DNA of 64,000 nucleotides from assembly GCA_965178125.1 (NCBI GenBank), contig OZ237768.1:682001-746000 (forward strand), given 5' to 3'. The position numbers and the translations under genes are program-made. The notes under the pieces were generated by a model. That model made no database searches, had not been told where the DNA came from, and was given only the letters and a program-made list of their open reading frames with translations. Shown here in pieces: positions 48,889 to 62,117 of the stretch; positions within the stretch are counted from its first letter, which is position 1; each line of letters begins with the position of its first letter. The DNA is from Bilabrum cf. latius. Taxonomy: Eukaryota.

Positions 48889-49917
48889 ATGCAGCACCAT
48901 TACGCGAGTACTCATTCTGAAGACTCCGATGATGCTGCATCCGCTGACGTGGTCTCGAGGTGCGATCAATTTGCAGTCGAAGCTCCACAGTGGAAGAGAG
49001 CTTGCAACGCTATTGCTGCTGGTTCACTAGCAGGTGCGATCGCTGATGTAATAACTCACCCGTTCGACACCTTGCGGTGCCGAGCGATGTGCGCAGAGCT
49101 TGATTCATCTACCGCGATTGGAAGAGGGGCATAGAATCGCAGCATGTGCGCCGGGGTCTATCGCGGTTTTTCTGTCGTAGCATCAACAACCTTGTTTTCG
49201 CACGGCCTTTACTTTGGAACGTACCAGTCCTTGAAGCGAGAAGGGGTGCCCATCTCCATGGCCGGCTTGCTAGCAAACACGGCGGGACAGATAGTCTGGA
49301 CTCCTCTGGAAGTTGTCAAGCAGCGAGTAATGATGGCTGGTATCACTGGGCCGGTGTGGGAATCTCGTCCATTGGCGGTGGTAGGGCACATCTTGCGCAC
49401 GGAAGGGGTCGGTGGGCTGTACCGCGGCTTCGTGCCTGGAGCCATTTGCTGGGGAGTGATGGCATGCACGATGTTCCCAGTATTTGAGGCCATCAGACCA
49501 CGGATTCTGCTTGGATTGAGCCCCACTGCCAGTGGAGAGCAGGCCCCGGATAGGCATGTCCCGCTGGGACTACGATTCTGCGCCGATGCGTCAGCTGGCA
49601 TGATTGCTGGGACGGTCGGTGCCGCAGCGAGTGCTCCGCTGGACATGCTACGTACGCGAATGCAGGCGCTGCGAGCGGTGAGACCAGCCAGAGGGGGGGT
49701 ACGCGGTATATCCGGTATGTCAGGTAGGCTGCAGCGATCACTGGCGAGCATGTCACGGCTCATGGACTCAAGGCTGTGGTCGGTGTTATGGCATGGGACC
49801 TACAGGCGGGTGGCGTGGTGCGCTCCCAGCTGCGCCATATCGCTCGGCACATTTGAAACGATTCACCACCTGCTCAACCAGGCTGGCAGAGTGCATCCCT
49901 GGCATTCATTCCGGTAA
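48889..49917 (+). CDS. Mitochondrial carrier (SLC25 family)
   Basis: Three Px[DE]xx[KR]xR signatures (PFDTLRCR, PLEVVKQR, PLDMLRTR). The first repeat joins the rest only through TAG 49132. Ends TAA. Confidence 0.9.
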
Positions 49918-50532
49918 TTCAGAATCGGTTGCGAGCCGATGTGATTGAATAGCTGCACAGAGCATGCAGGTCCATCCGTAAATAACGTAGTATCTTGCGC
50001 ACGGATGGAGTCTGAACAGTGTGCAGGAAAGACTGTGTTTCTGCAACGAACTCCGAAGAACGTTCAATATAAAAGTGGCGTGCACATCAACGATAAATGC
50101 AGACGCTTCAAATTGTAGCCGCACATTCAGGCCTCAGTCTCGGGAGCAATGACGACTGTTGAATGCAACAATTGCGGAGTATTCATGCATAATAGATAGT
50201 ATATACCACTAGGTGTGAAGGTACCCCAAGTGCAGCCCACGTGAGAAAACTTGAGAGAACAGCACACGCTGTAAATGACGGTCGGGTTTCGGGTGCCTTA
50301 CACGCTCGACGCCCAACATTATATTCAACTAGCAGCAAGATCACAATGGTGTCATAATGGATGTAGCTGAACGCTCGTATGGGCCCTGATGCTTGCACTT
50401 ACCGCGTCACCTTCAACTCTCGCCTACCTCTCGGTTTGCAGTTTCAGACTTGCTGCCCCACGATGGGTATCTGGGAGATTTTTTGTCTCCACGAATTCAT
50501 ATCATATTATCTGTGCACACGTATGCGACAAA

Positions 50533-52709
50533 TCATTTTGACACCCGCTGTGCAATGGCCCTGAGATCGACCTTCCGACCTGCATCCCTCGCTGCCCTGA
50601 GTTCGTCCGCCGATGGAAACGGGTCCTCACCCGTCTCTGTGCGACGACGAATGAGCTCGGACGCCGCTGCTGCATTTGGATCATCTTGCAGCGTTGCTAC
50701 CGCGATCACCTTACCATCCAGCACGTAGAAGGCGGAGAGCTTGGCGTCCTTGCCTTGGGAGACGTCGCCGACCACGATTTGCTCGTCCCACTTGCGGGCG
50801 TGCCCGGCGTACCTCACATTCTTCCCGAGCTGCCCGGTCCAGAAGAATGGGACCTTGTCGTAAACGGCAGGCTTGCCTGCCATGGCTTGCCCCGCCACCC
50901 TCCCCTGGTCGAGAGCCACGTCCCAGTGCTCGATGCGAAGGTGCGAGTGGGTTTCGTCTCCCTCCAGGGCGTGGGCGTATGGGAAGCGAGCCAGGTCCCC
51001 CGCCACGTACAGTCCCTCCGTCGCCTTCAGGGAGCCGTCCACCTTGACTCCTCCGCCCTCCTCCCTGCTGCCCAGCTGCACCCCGGCCTTGGAGCACGCC
51101 TCGTTATCCAAGTAGGGCGCCACGGGGACGATGCCAGCGCCAACCAGCACCAGATCTGCTTCTATCACGGTCTCATCGTCCCCCACCTTGACCCCCTTGA
51201 CCTTCTCACCTGCCTCGTCCTTCACGAAACCCTTGAGCATGCCCCTCGACTTGCCCAGCACGAATCGCACCCCATGTGCCTCGTGGAGCAGACGCAGGCA
51301 GGACCCGATGTCGGAGCCGAGCACCCGCTGGAAGGCCTCGTCAGACATATCGCACACGGTGATGCTGCCCACGCGCCGCTGCTCGGATCCCACTGGCTCC
51401 CCCAGCCCGTAGCTCTTGGCGATGTAGGCAGCCGACTCCATGCCTATGAACGAGGCACCGATCACGGCGACGCGGGCCGGCTTGCCCGCCTTGGCCGCGG
51501 CCTCGATGGCCTGGTCCACGGCCTGTGCATCGGCGGGCGTCCTCAGGGTGAAGACTCCCTCCAGCTCGCTCTCCTTGCCCAGCAGGCGCATGGCGGGGCC
51601 CGAGGTGGCGCACAGGGCCTTGTCGTACGACAGCGAGGACCCGTCCTTGGTCTGGATCTTGCGGGCCGTGGGGTCCACTGCCACCACCTCCCCAGCTGCT
51701 CCGCTCCTGAGAGAGACCCCCAGGCGCTTGTAGAAGGACGCCGGCCTGAGCCCCAGCCCCGAGTAGGCGTCCTCGATGGTCTCTGCCTCCTTGCCCTCCC
51801 CGCGGGCAGAGGCCATGTTCTTGCTGAGTGCCGTGCGGTCGATGAACGGTACCACCCCACTCCCGTCCGGCCCCCACGGATCCTCCCCCAGGTCGTCCTT
51901 GGTCAGCACAGTGATCTGGCCCTTGAACCCAGACTGGCGCAGGGACTCCACCGCGGTGGAGCCGGCGGTACCTCCGCCCATGATCACGAAGTGGCGGTCA
52001 TCGGCCGCACTGGGGGCATCCATGGAGGGCTCCCTGTACCGTGCCTCTCCCACCGCCTCGTCTGCCACCAGGTGCACGAAGATGCCCCCCTCCCTCTCCG
52101 TGGCCTCCACGGGCACAAGACAGTCCAGGCCCGGCCCGTCCTCGATGTCTCCGGTACGGACGTCAAAGGCAGCCCCATGAAACGGGCAAACCAGACGATT
52201 TCCACTTAGAACAGCATTCGTGAGTGGTAGCTTGTAGTGTGAGCAAGCGTTCGGCACGGCGTGCAATGATCCATCAGCCAGCCTCGCGAGTAGGATAGAA
52301 GTGGCCTTCTCGCCCTCCTTTGCGGCTGATACCTCAACTGCCTTCGTCTATCCAACCAGAAGCGACGATGAGTCGCACACGCGGTGCGCTGTGGCCTGCG
52401 GGCATACAGTTAAAGCACCTGTTCAGAGCAATACGTGTCTTTTGTTCATCGGATCCACCAAACACTCGCCCCTGATTGCAGCTTGACGCGTTTCGAGATG
52501 CCAATAATCACGAAGTTTGACAAATGGGCAAGGATTCATGTAAACATTGTCACGTAGTCCATCTAGGTGCGATTTGGGCTGCGTGGCGGAAGCGTCACGC
52601 GCCTCTTCTGCGGCGTTCTACACGTAGACTACTCAGACTACGATCTCACACCAACTCGTTTGGATCCAGCTGAAAGGTCCACTTTAGGCGCTCCCGCAAT
52701 TGCAGCCAT
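50533..52709 (-). CDS. Rieske 2Fe-2S plus FAD-dependent oxidoreductase (AIFM3/AIF-like)
   Basis: Rieske CSHY...CPFHGAAF, GGGTAG, VIGASFIGME, YVAGDLARFP, RIEHWDVA, VPFFWTGQ. N-terminal LLVG[TAG]TKAVEV. The first exon 52709-52650 and intron 52649-52396 are predicted and less certain. Ends TGA. Confidence 0.85.
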
Positions 52710-52925
52710 GACGAACTATTTTACTTCTGACAATGGGAAGAAGTGTTCGGCGTGACGTGGCGCCAGTTCTCATTTGAGGCTCCGAGTCCCACCGTGGTGA
52801 CCGCAAGACAGTTTTAGTTTCGGCATGTGTGTGAGTTTTGACGAGTGTGTAGTGCTTTCTGCGCGTGTATTTGTATGGATTATCAATACATATATCATTT
52901 CCATGGTGCAGAATGAAGTCCAGCA

Positions 52926-55034
52926 TCAACCGTCCACCCAAATTGCTCCTGCGCTGGCATCTACTGGCGATTCTGGCCTAGGGCGTTGGCTGCCACGCGG
53001 GTGCACTTTCGCGCTTTTCGCACGTGCATCTACGGGGATTCCCAATCGAGCGTCCACCACCCCCCTCCAGTCCTGCAATTCTTGCCCTGCAGCCCCAGCC
53101 AACTGTGATGGTGGTGATGCTGCAGTGGCGGCTGACCGAGACTGCGATGCATCACCCCCGTCCTACTTCCGAGAGGCACTTCCCGGTGCCCCAGAGCGGT
53201 AGTGGTTCCGTGTTAGCTCACGTACCACCCCCACAGCTCCCGGTGCCCCAGCACCCACCATCAGCCGCCGCACCTCTCTTGACCCCCCTCCCCCTGTCTG
53301 TCCCTTGCCAAGCGCCTCCAGCACAGCCCGCACCCCCACCTCACCGCGGAGCGTAATCCGTCCTGCTGTGCCCGCAGAGCCCCGCACCGCCCCAGCAGGC
53401 CCAGCCCCGAGAGCATCGGCCCAGCAGCCCAGGGACCACTCCCGCGCGATGTGCTCGCCTCCCCCCTCCGCACCTATGTGCGCCCCGTCCGACCCCAGCC
53501 CATCTGCATGCCCCGCGACGGCCTCATAGTCACCCTCTGCCCCCAGCAGGCTCTCCATGGCCATCTGCACGCCTGCCAGCGCGTCCCCCCACAGATCTTC
53601 GTAGTGGTGCAGGTGCGCCCGAACTCGCAGCAACTGCCCAGCCTGTCTTGCCAGCGCCCCCAAACAAGGACCCATCCCGGCGTTGTTCCACAGAGCCACC
53701 GTCGATGGGCCCCCACTAGCCCCTGGCACAGAGCACAGCGCAGTCTTGACGGCCTTGCCCCCGCTGCAGTACCACGGCATGCGCACGTGGCCGGCCGCGC
53801 GCCAGTCCTGCACGCATCTTTGCAGATCCCCAGAGGATACGCTGAACGATGGCACGGGTACGGACCGCCGTGACCTGCTGCCAGCAGCCAGCCCCCGGCC
53901 TCCCGCCGCTGCCGCTGCCTCTGGCGCGCTCCTGGCCAGCAGGGCGAGGGCGAGGGTCCCACGGGCTCGGGGGTCCGTCTCAATCCCGTGCTGGGAGGGG
54001 TGCGCCGCCGCCCGCAACATCTCAGCGGCCGCACGAGGCATCGACCTGTCCCTGACCCGGGGCCGGGCGCCGGCCCCGGCCCCGGCCCCGGCCCCAGCTG
54101 CCTACACCTACTTGCCCCGCTGCCCGACGTCCCCCACGAACGGACTGACCGAGCAGGACGCGAAGGGGAGAGAGGGTAGTGGGACCAGGTTGGTCGGTAA
54201 CTCGCCCAGGTCCAGGTGCAGGGGGCCTCCAAACCGTGAGCCAGCCGCGATGTCCACCAGGGCCTGGGCTGCCACCCGGTTGGCGGTCTCGAAGGCAGTC
54301 AGAGCTTTTGACTTGCCGGCAGGGCGGGGCTCCTCCGCTGCAGAGAGGTCCGTGCCGCCCGCAATCGTGTTCATGGCAGCATTTGTGAACGGAATCACGA
54401 GTGACGCGTGCTGCTGCAGCTGCTCCAAGGCCAGCACGGCATTGTATGGGGCGGTGACCACATCGCTGTCATGTGCGCAGCTCGCCCGACTCGGTGGAGC
54501 AAAACTGTCCGGGGCTACAACAGCAGCTATCCTGTCTATATCGGAAAATGCGTCGGCGCACTGCGCCAGCAAGCGAGTTCCCAGTCCAGAACCAGTCCCG
54601 CCGCTCAGCGAATGCAAGAAAAGCAGGTTGCCCGGACTGTCACACGACTCCAGGGATCGCCTGACTTGGCCTTCTAAACTTGAGCCATGAACAGACCAGT
54701 GCTCGAAGTGGCCATGAGCCCAGTTGTTCCCGGATCCGGGCGAGTCCTTAACCAAAGAGCAATGCTAAAACAAAGGAGCGTGCTTGCCTTTCAAAAGTTG
54801 GGCAAGCACTCCTTCCTCCATGTCTACCAAAACAGCCCTTGCGCGTAAGTGCCGGAGAGATAGTCCGCCTGCATTTGTATCAGGTGCGTGCGACTCGATC
54901 TCGAAGAAGGGAGAGAGGTGCTACAAGCTTGCTGATGTTGCGGCGCTTCGCTCAGCCAAGAGCTCGTTCCAAAACTGCCAGCCAATTTGATTGCCGCACT
55001 GCCCTACCTGCACGACAACTGTTTCTCTAGGCAT
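52926..55034 (-). CDS. TUBE1: Epsilon-tubulin, divergent, with long C-terminal extension
   Basis: [34 protein letters not shown] (epsilon-type), [41 protein letters not shown]. Five in-frame TAGs (54921, 54765, 54108, 54102, 53163). Ends TGA. Confidence 0.82.
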
Positions 55035-55350
55035 TACATCAATATTCCGTTAACAGCGCTGACATGGTTTTGACCCGCACGTAGCTGCTAACGAATGATG
55101 ATGCCGGCCCGGCGAGACTGTGCAGAAGTAGGTTCCGCCGCGGCTGTGTGTTGGCGTGAACACGTGGGAAACTGGCGGGCAGCAGTAAAGGTAACTGCAG
55201 GGCATTTTGGAGCAATACTTGCGACACGTGGGCGTTGCACCGGTGGGTTCTGCCTTCGGACGGTGCGAACTGCTCCAAATTCCCGAGTCCGTCCACAAAG
55301 GCTGTAAGCCTTCCCGCTGCACAACGCAGACCCACAGCCCCTTCAGCCCC

Positions 55351-58056
55351 TCAGCCGCACCCGGAACATAGGCCTGGCACGCACCCGGCGCAAGTCAGCG
55401 GGTGCAGCCCGCTGGCCTTCGCCACGGCCACTCCGATGGCTGTGGTGCCCTCTCCCAGCACAAACCCGGTTGCAACCAGCAGGCCCTGGATGCCCTCCAG
55501 CCCGCCGGTCGGGCTGTGTCCTGCAGACTCAGGACAGCCACAGGGGGCAGCACAAGGGGCCAGCCATCCCCTCCTCCACGCCTCCATGGCCAGTGCGCCC
55601 AGCACGCGCGGCAGCACAAACGAGGGCGATATGTACATGCCCACGGCCACTGCCATGAGGGACGGACGCACAGACACCAGCCACAGGGGACATCGGCACC
55701 GTCCAGGGGCACCCAACGAGCTAGTCGCGCCTGCTGCTCCTCCCAGCTCCACCTCGGCCGGCATCAGGGGGCTGGAGGCATCCTCGGCTGTGCCTCGCCT
55801 GCCTCGCCTACCTCGCCCCTCCACACCAGCAGCTGCTAGGCCATGTGCCCCTGACTCCTCCCCCGAGTCATCCAATTCGTCTCCTGGGGTCACCTGCGCC
55901 CTATGCTCAGCACTTGCCCTGCCAATCCCGCTGTCGCCCGAATCAGCAGCCTCGGTGTCGCATGCCAGCATCTGCACGAGCGCGATCACCATGGACAGCC
56001 CAGCGCCGATGCCCGCAAACAGAGGCGCATTGGCGGGCAGCGGCTCTCCTCCTGCCAGTCGAGCCATGTCCAACCACACCTAGGCAGTTGGGACCTGCAG
56101 GGTGGGGCCCCCCAGCGTATAGGCCGCCGTAAACAGCTGGTAAGCCCCCACAGTGGCGACGACTCCCACTAGAGAGCCCACTAGCTGGGCCCACAGCTGG
56201 GAAATGGGGAATGCGCCCAGCAGGTAGCCTGTCTTGAGGTCCTGCATGAGGTCCCCGGCCTGCTGTGCGCCTGCCTCGGCCACAGCCCCCGCCAGCAGAT
56301 TGGACACGATCCGGCCCGGGGCCATGCACGCGAATGCAGCCTGCGCGATCTTACCCACCCCCGAGACCGGGTTGAGGTCAGTTTCTCCCAGGGCTCGCAC
56401 TGCGATGACTGCCACCACGACGCACAGCAGCAGGGCCACAAGCGGCTCCCAGACAGGCACCTTGAAGACGAGAGGGACCACCAGGGCGCACAGGGCAGAG
56501 GACAGGAGCAGCCCAGGGACCCACAGGCACATGGGGATGTCGCCTCGAGATGATGATGACGTGCTGCCCAGCGTGCCACCCGCTGCGCTGGCAGTTTCTT
56601 GTTTGGCCCTGCAGCACACTATGCCATACCGCAGCACGGTGCTTCCCAGCGTCACCACGCTCTCGCCCAGCATAATGCCCAGAGAAACCCACACCACCCA
56701 TCCCTTGGCCCCATCCGTCCAGCTTGATACAGGTCCCGGCGCCCACCCCATCCGCATGGCCAATGGAGCCAGGATGCCCCATGCTAGGAGGGCGCCCACA
56801 CCCATGCTGAGGGCAGGCCGCAGACCCATTATCATGCCCTGCCCCACGTAGGAGAGCGAAGGGGACACGTACCAGCCCAGCTGAGTGGCCTAAAGCGGAG
56901 CCCCCAGCCAGTGCAGCACGGGCATTGCCCCTGCCACTGGGACAAGTGCGCCCAGCACAGTCACCCCGGACGCAGCGGCGCAGGCCTTGCACATGGGGCC
57001 CAGTGGGGGAACTGCTGATTCGCCTGATTCGCGAGAGTGCGAGCCCTGCGGATCTTGCCGAGGGCCTGCATCTATCTCCATCTGGGCCTGATGATGGGGG
57101 TCATTGGGTGCTCTAGCAGCAGCAATAGTCTTTCCCGGGGCTGCTGCAGGAAGCACGTGCGCATCCGGTGCACCGGAGGGCCGAGCGTCCGCTCCCGAGT
57201 CCGGTATGGCAGGAACTAGGCAGGAATGCGTCCCCTCCGCCCGTGCTAGTGCCCCTGTCTCCCCGTGTAGTGCCCCGATTACAACAGCCGTGGCTGTGCC
57301 GGACGGAAATTTCAGTTTCTGCACCTCAATGGCATCCCTGCGAAGAGGGACTGCCAAGAATACCCCAAAGAAGGCCAGGGCAGCGCACCATCCAAGCTGC
57401 TGGGCCCATGATAGAGTCACGCCCTCCTCCGATGAACTATCCTATTCATAATGCACATGCGCGGCCATTGCCACAGTCGCATTCAATCGGCCTGGCCCAT
57501 CCACGGCACAAGTTGACTGCAATGCTACTACCCCCGCACGAGTGTCTTCAATTTCTAGTTCATTGTGCCCCAGCAGAGTCAGAGCTGGAATAATCCCTAC
57601 AAACCCTCCGGCAAGCGGCATTGTGCCGGCTGCGACCGCAGTTGTTTGCAGGGCAACGTTCTCCAAAGGCGTGAACCCACTCGCCCAAGACATAGCAGCG
57701 ACGCAGCAACACTTTGCAAACACGCTCTACTTTGGTGATTTCGCGTGGGGCCTTGATTTGTCTCTTGAGCTCGCCAATAACGACGAGTCCTCTTCATCGA
57801 CCTACTACTCTGTTTTATTACTTTCTGGTCGTGCCGAAATGGTGTGTGACTCGTTTGAACTTGGAGAGACTTTGCAAATTGCATCAACAGAACGAAGCAC
57901 TCCGAAACCGAGAACAGCTGCTTGAACAGAGGCCATGGTGATCCAACCAGTCTGCAGCCCAAAATACATGTTGCTACAACACAAAATTACCCCAATTATC
58001 GATCCAACAAATAATGCCCGACATGATGCCTGTGGTTCGCTATCTGCAGACATCAT
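55351..58056 (-). CDS. OPT-family (YSL-like) oligopeptide/metal-chelate transporter
   Basis: SNMYFGLQTGWITM, FTPLENVALQT, LKFPSGTATA, SPSLSYVGQGMIMG, GETDLNPVSGVGK, AGDLMQDLKTG, VPTA[TAG]VWLDMARL. Five ORF fragments share one frame and are joined by six TAGs. Ends TGA. Confidence 0.92.
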
Positions 58057-58205
58057 GCTGCACAGTAAAACTGGAAAATCGTTGCTCTTGGCAGGCTCCG
58101 AGTTCGTTCTCTCTCTCGCAGAAAATTGAATGTGCTCCACATTCTAAACATCCAAACACACAGCTTGGTTCGCAACATTTGCTTACCTGATGCAACGATA
58201 AAGTG

Positions 58206-59414
58206 ATGAGTATTCACGGATAGGTCGTCGTTGGACCCCCGGGGTCGGGCAAGACAACGCACTGTAGAGCAATGAAATCCATCTTGGCTGCTTTCGGACG
58301 AAGGCCAATTCTTGTCAATCTTGACCCTGCAAACGATGCTAGCATCCGAGCTCACGTAGTGGCAAGTGCGACGTAGGGGGGTGATTATCCTGCATCAGAG
58401 TCAGACAAGCAGCTGTTTGATATCGACGTGCGGGAACTCGTTGCATTGGAGGATGTAATGGAGGCAACAGGGCTTGGGCCGAATGGGGGCCTTGTTTATT
58501 GTCTCGATCTAGTGCTCAAAAACGTTGGGTGGCTATCTAAGCAGCTTGCGGCTGCCATCGAAGACCGAGAAACAGAGCTGGGTGAGCTGCAGCCTTACCT
58601 GGTGTTTGATTGCCCGGGGCAGGTTGAGGTGTACACGCACGGGACTCAGATTAAGAATGTATTAGATCATTTGCAGCGAGAGAGTGATCTGCGCCTGTGT
58701 GGCGTGCACTTGGTGGATGCGTCGCATTGCTCTGATGCCTCCAAATTCCTGTCTTGCACCATGCTGTCGCTGAGCGCCATGACGCGCATGGAGATGCCAT
58801 GGGTGAACGTCCTCTCCAAAATCGACACATTTTCGGCGTTTGGAGCGCCCCCGCTGGGCCTGGACGCGTACACAGATGGCTTAGACCTTGAGAGCGTGCT
58901 GGACTCGGCCGCTGGCCCAGGGATAGGCGGTGCGCCGGGACTTTCTCTTGCTGGTGATGGCGGTGACGGTGACGATGATCGTGATGGTGCAGACAAAGTG
59001 CAGTGTGGCGAAGCAGGTAGCTTGATCTCCCACGATGCGCCGGCTGATGGTGGTTCTAGCTCTACAGGCGAAGCGCCCCCGGCACACTCAGGAACCAGTG
59101 GTGCTAGCTCTCCAGTAGCGCCACGCAGCCGGGCCTTCTTCAAGCGATGGCGCAGCCTGCACAGGGCCATGGTAGGCGTCATGGACAGTTATTCATTGGT
59201 AGGCTTCCTGCCCAGCACGGTCAAGGATGCCAGAGCCACCACCCGGCTGCTGCGGCGGTGCGACAAAGCCACCGGGTATGCCTTCGGAGCGCTGCACGCC
59301 ACCACCGAGGCATCCGTGGCGGGCATGATCGACCGTGCTGACGTTGACAGCGACACTACTGCAAGAAGAGAGGCCGAGGAGGCCGCCATGGAGGCTCTCC
59401 TTGGTGTCATGTGA
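58206..59414 (+). CDS. GPN2: GPN-loop GTPase 2
   Basis: MSIHG[TAG][53 protein letters not shown]. The P-loop connects to the rest only if the TAGs at 58221 and 58374 are sense. Ends TGA. Confidence 0.95.
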
Positions 59415-59613
59415 CCCTTGGCCTCGATCGAATCCGGCTGAGTTGTTGCGTAGGTCTAGAACAGTCTCTACGACTCGGAGTCTGCCCCGGAACCAATCCA
59501 TCCGTGGGCGATTGCATATCCAATTCAAATGGCCATGATTCGAATAATTGCACTGCAATGGTGAACTTATATTTCCTGGCCTTATTAGTTTGTGCTCCCG
59601 GATCGAAAATATC

Positions 59614-62052
59614 ATGATTGCAGCTGCAGTCGTGAGTGAGAGCGGAAATATCCTCGGAGCATCCGAGCTGCAACTGAAACCGCACGCCCTCGCGTCGGTT
59701 CGCAGTACTAACCCTTGGTGGGGGCATGGAGTCAAGTTTGCGTGCGCAATGCTTAAGTTTAGCGGTGATCTGTCGCGACAACTCTCCTCGGGTACTCACG
59801 ATGAGCAACAAGCCGGCAGCAAGCCGTTGTGTCGCAAGGCAAGAGCAGGCATTGAGTTCGACTCGTCTGCTTCAGCCATAGCTGAGGCTGTCACACTAAT
59901 ACATGATAGTACTGGTAGTGCTGTCGACGGAATCCATGAGGTCTTTGTGTGCACATTCGCGTGGCATCGAGATGATCCAGAACTTGCGTGTTGGGTGCAC
60001 GGTGCAGCTGAGGCCCTGTGCCGAGCCTTGTGCACTCTACTGCAGAGGAAGGTGCCTATCAACGATATTGTGGCAGTAATTGCATCGTCTGCCTCCAATG
60101 CAGAGGCTAGGGCGGCAAACGATGCCGGTTCGTACACTGCTCCAAAAACTGGCGGTCCAAAGGAAGATACTGCCAGTGTGCTGCAGAATCAAGCCATCGG
60201 AGTATGGTTGACGCAGGTTGTTGGTTGCAGCATGGTCACTCCTTCTCGGATTCGCGTCATCCGCACGTGCCGCGATCGCCACGGCAAGCCCATGCCAGTC
60301 AATGGTAGGGCAGGCCTTCCTCCTCGATCCCCCTTGCACGCGGGCGCCGCTGGCACCATGCCGAAGGGGACCTTGCTCGCTGCATCACAGACGAGGAAAC
60401 GGAGTCAGGTGTATCGGCAGCTAGTGCAGGGCGCAGGCTGGGCCATAGACGCCGCCTCTCCAGGTGATGCTCCACCGAGTGAGGCCTCCTTGTGGGTGCG
60501 GCGACTGGTGGAGGAGCTGCCTCCTGTGGCAGTGCCTGCCACCAGCAGGCAGGGAGGCGGGCATGATAGGGCGGGTCACCATCAGAGTAAGGTCTTTCTG
60601 CTTGAGTAGACTCCGAGAGGTGCATCTCCTGCTGGTGCACGCCACGGACGAAGGAAGCCGCAAGTTTCGACACATGCAGTTCTGCATGCCGCCCAAAGGC
60701 AAGGCACAGGCCTGCACCCTGTCGTGGCCGGCTGGATGTTCCCATTTGTGCAGTAGCAGTACGTCCTCTGCATGCCATCGGGAGAAAAGCCTGCATCTGC
60801 TGGATTAAGGGCTGGATCGGTCCTCGTCGGGATTCGGCTGCTTGCAGACGGCACCGACATGGACCCGAAAGGCAGGAGGGCTTGCCTGCTGGCGGCCGTG
60901 GTACTGCAGGCAGGCCCACCAAGGGTCCAAGCAGGCACGTCTTTCACTGGTGCTGAACCTCTTGTGTCCTCAACCAATCATCGAGCGATGCCAGTAGGGT
61001 ACCTGGGAGTTTCCCAGTGCGAGGTGACTGTGCGGGTGTCTGGTACTCGGCGCGAGTCAGTCCGAGGAGCCAGCGCCAGTACCAGCTGGCAGTGGGGAGA
61101 TCCCACTTCATTCCAGCTGCCTTTTGGCCCTGAGACTGGCAGTGACAGCAAGACAGGCAGTGGCCGGGCAACCGGGCTGAAGGCAGAGAGGAGTCGACAG
61201 CGGGCGTGGGTGTCGGCTGTTGGGCGCCTAGTAGCCGCAGTAGGCTCACAGGATCCAGTGCTGAGCATGCACGATAAGATCGTGGCTGCGTTGGGCAGGC
61301 CACTGCTGGTTACTGCACAGTCCGCACTAGCCATCGCTCGAGCAGCGGGGGACAGAGATTCCCCCGGGCTAGCCCAGTCGGCTGGTGGACGAGATTCGGA
61401 TGCACCATCCGCGGCATCGACGGGCCAATTGCCACGATCAGCTGCAACCGCAGGCACCCCGATCCGCAAGATGCCCCGGGTGTCCCCGTTGCAGAGACGG
61501 ATCAAAGGGGCAAATAGAGATGGCAGGTCGAGCACCGGAGGTGCCCCCGGCACTGACGAGAGAAGCCTGACTGAAGGGGGCTCCCGCATGTCGCATGGCA
61601 GCCAGCTAGACCACAGTTTTGTGGAGAGTGCAGTCGCAGCGATCGCCGAGCCCAGGGGGGATGTGTCCACTCCAGGCGTGGATTCTGCCCGCAAGGGTTC
61701 CTCACCGTCCGGACTGGTCCTCGCCGGGCTGGACAGCGCCCGCATGGACATGTCACTACTGGCTTCAGGGAGGCAGGGGGGGGGGCACGCAAGTGGGGCT
61801 GGTAACGAGGAGGAGGGGTCTACTGTGGAGGCGACCAGTGGCAGTGGCCCTGTGCAAGGCAGGGCTCTGGAAGATGAATTCGAGGCTGTTGCTGACAGTG
61901 CTGGGACACTTCCTGCAGCGGCAACCGGCAGTGCCACAGGGCCGCCATTGCCCGCAAATGAGGGCCCTAGACGGCCCCACAGAGGGGGGCGAAGGTACAG
62001 AGCAGTAAGGGGGGCTTGCACTGCCAGAGGAGGCGATCCAGTCTAGGGCTGA
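59614..62052 (+). CDS. Hypothetical protein, about 810 aa
   Basis: ORFs 59548-60609 and 60772-62046 share one frame and are joined by TAGs. Ends TAG-GGC-TGA. No family recognised. Confidence 0.55.
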
Positions 62053-62117
62053 GAGCAGCCGAACACGGTTGTCGCGAAAACACGATCATTTCCGGTATTT
62101 CATGAACAAAACTCAAC

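Noticed and set aside
54990-55010. Apparent TAG in the tubulin QVGQCGNQ motif
   Set aside because: On checking the frame, the codons are CAG GTA GGG CAG. The TAG is out of frame and is not evidence for recoding.
7500-62000. Numerous long antisense or alternate-frame ORFs in the ORF track
   Set aside because: These are expected shadows of GC-rich coding sequence, with Pro/Arg/Ser-rich translations and no domain motifs.
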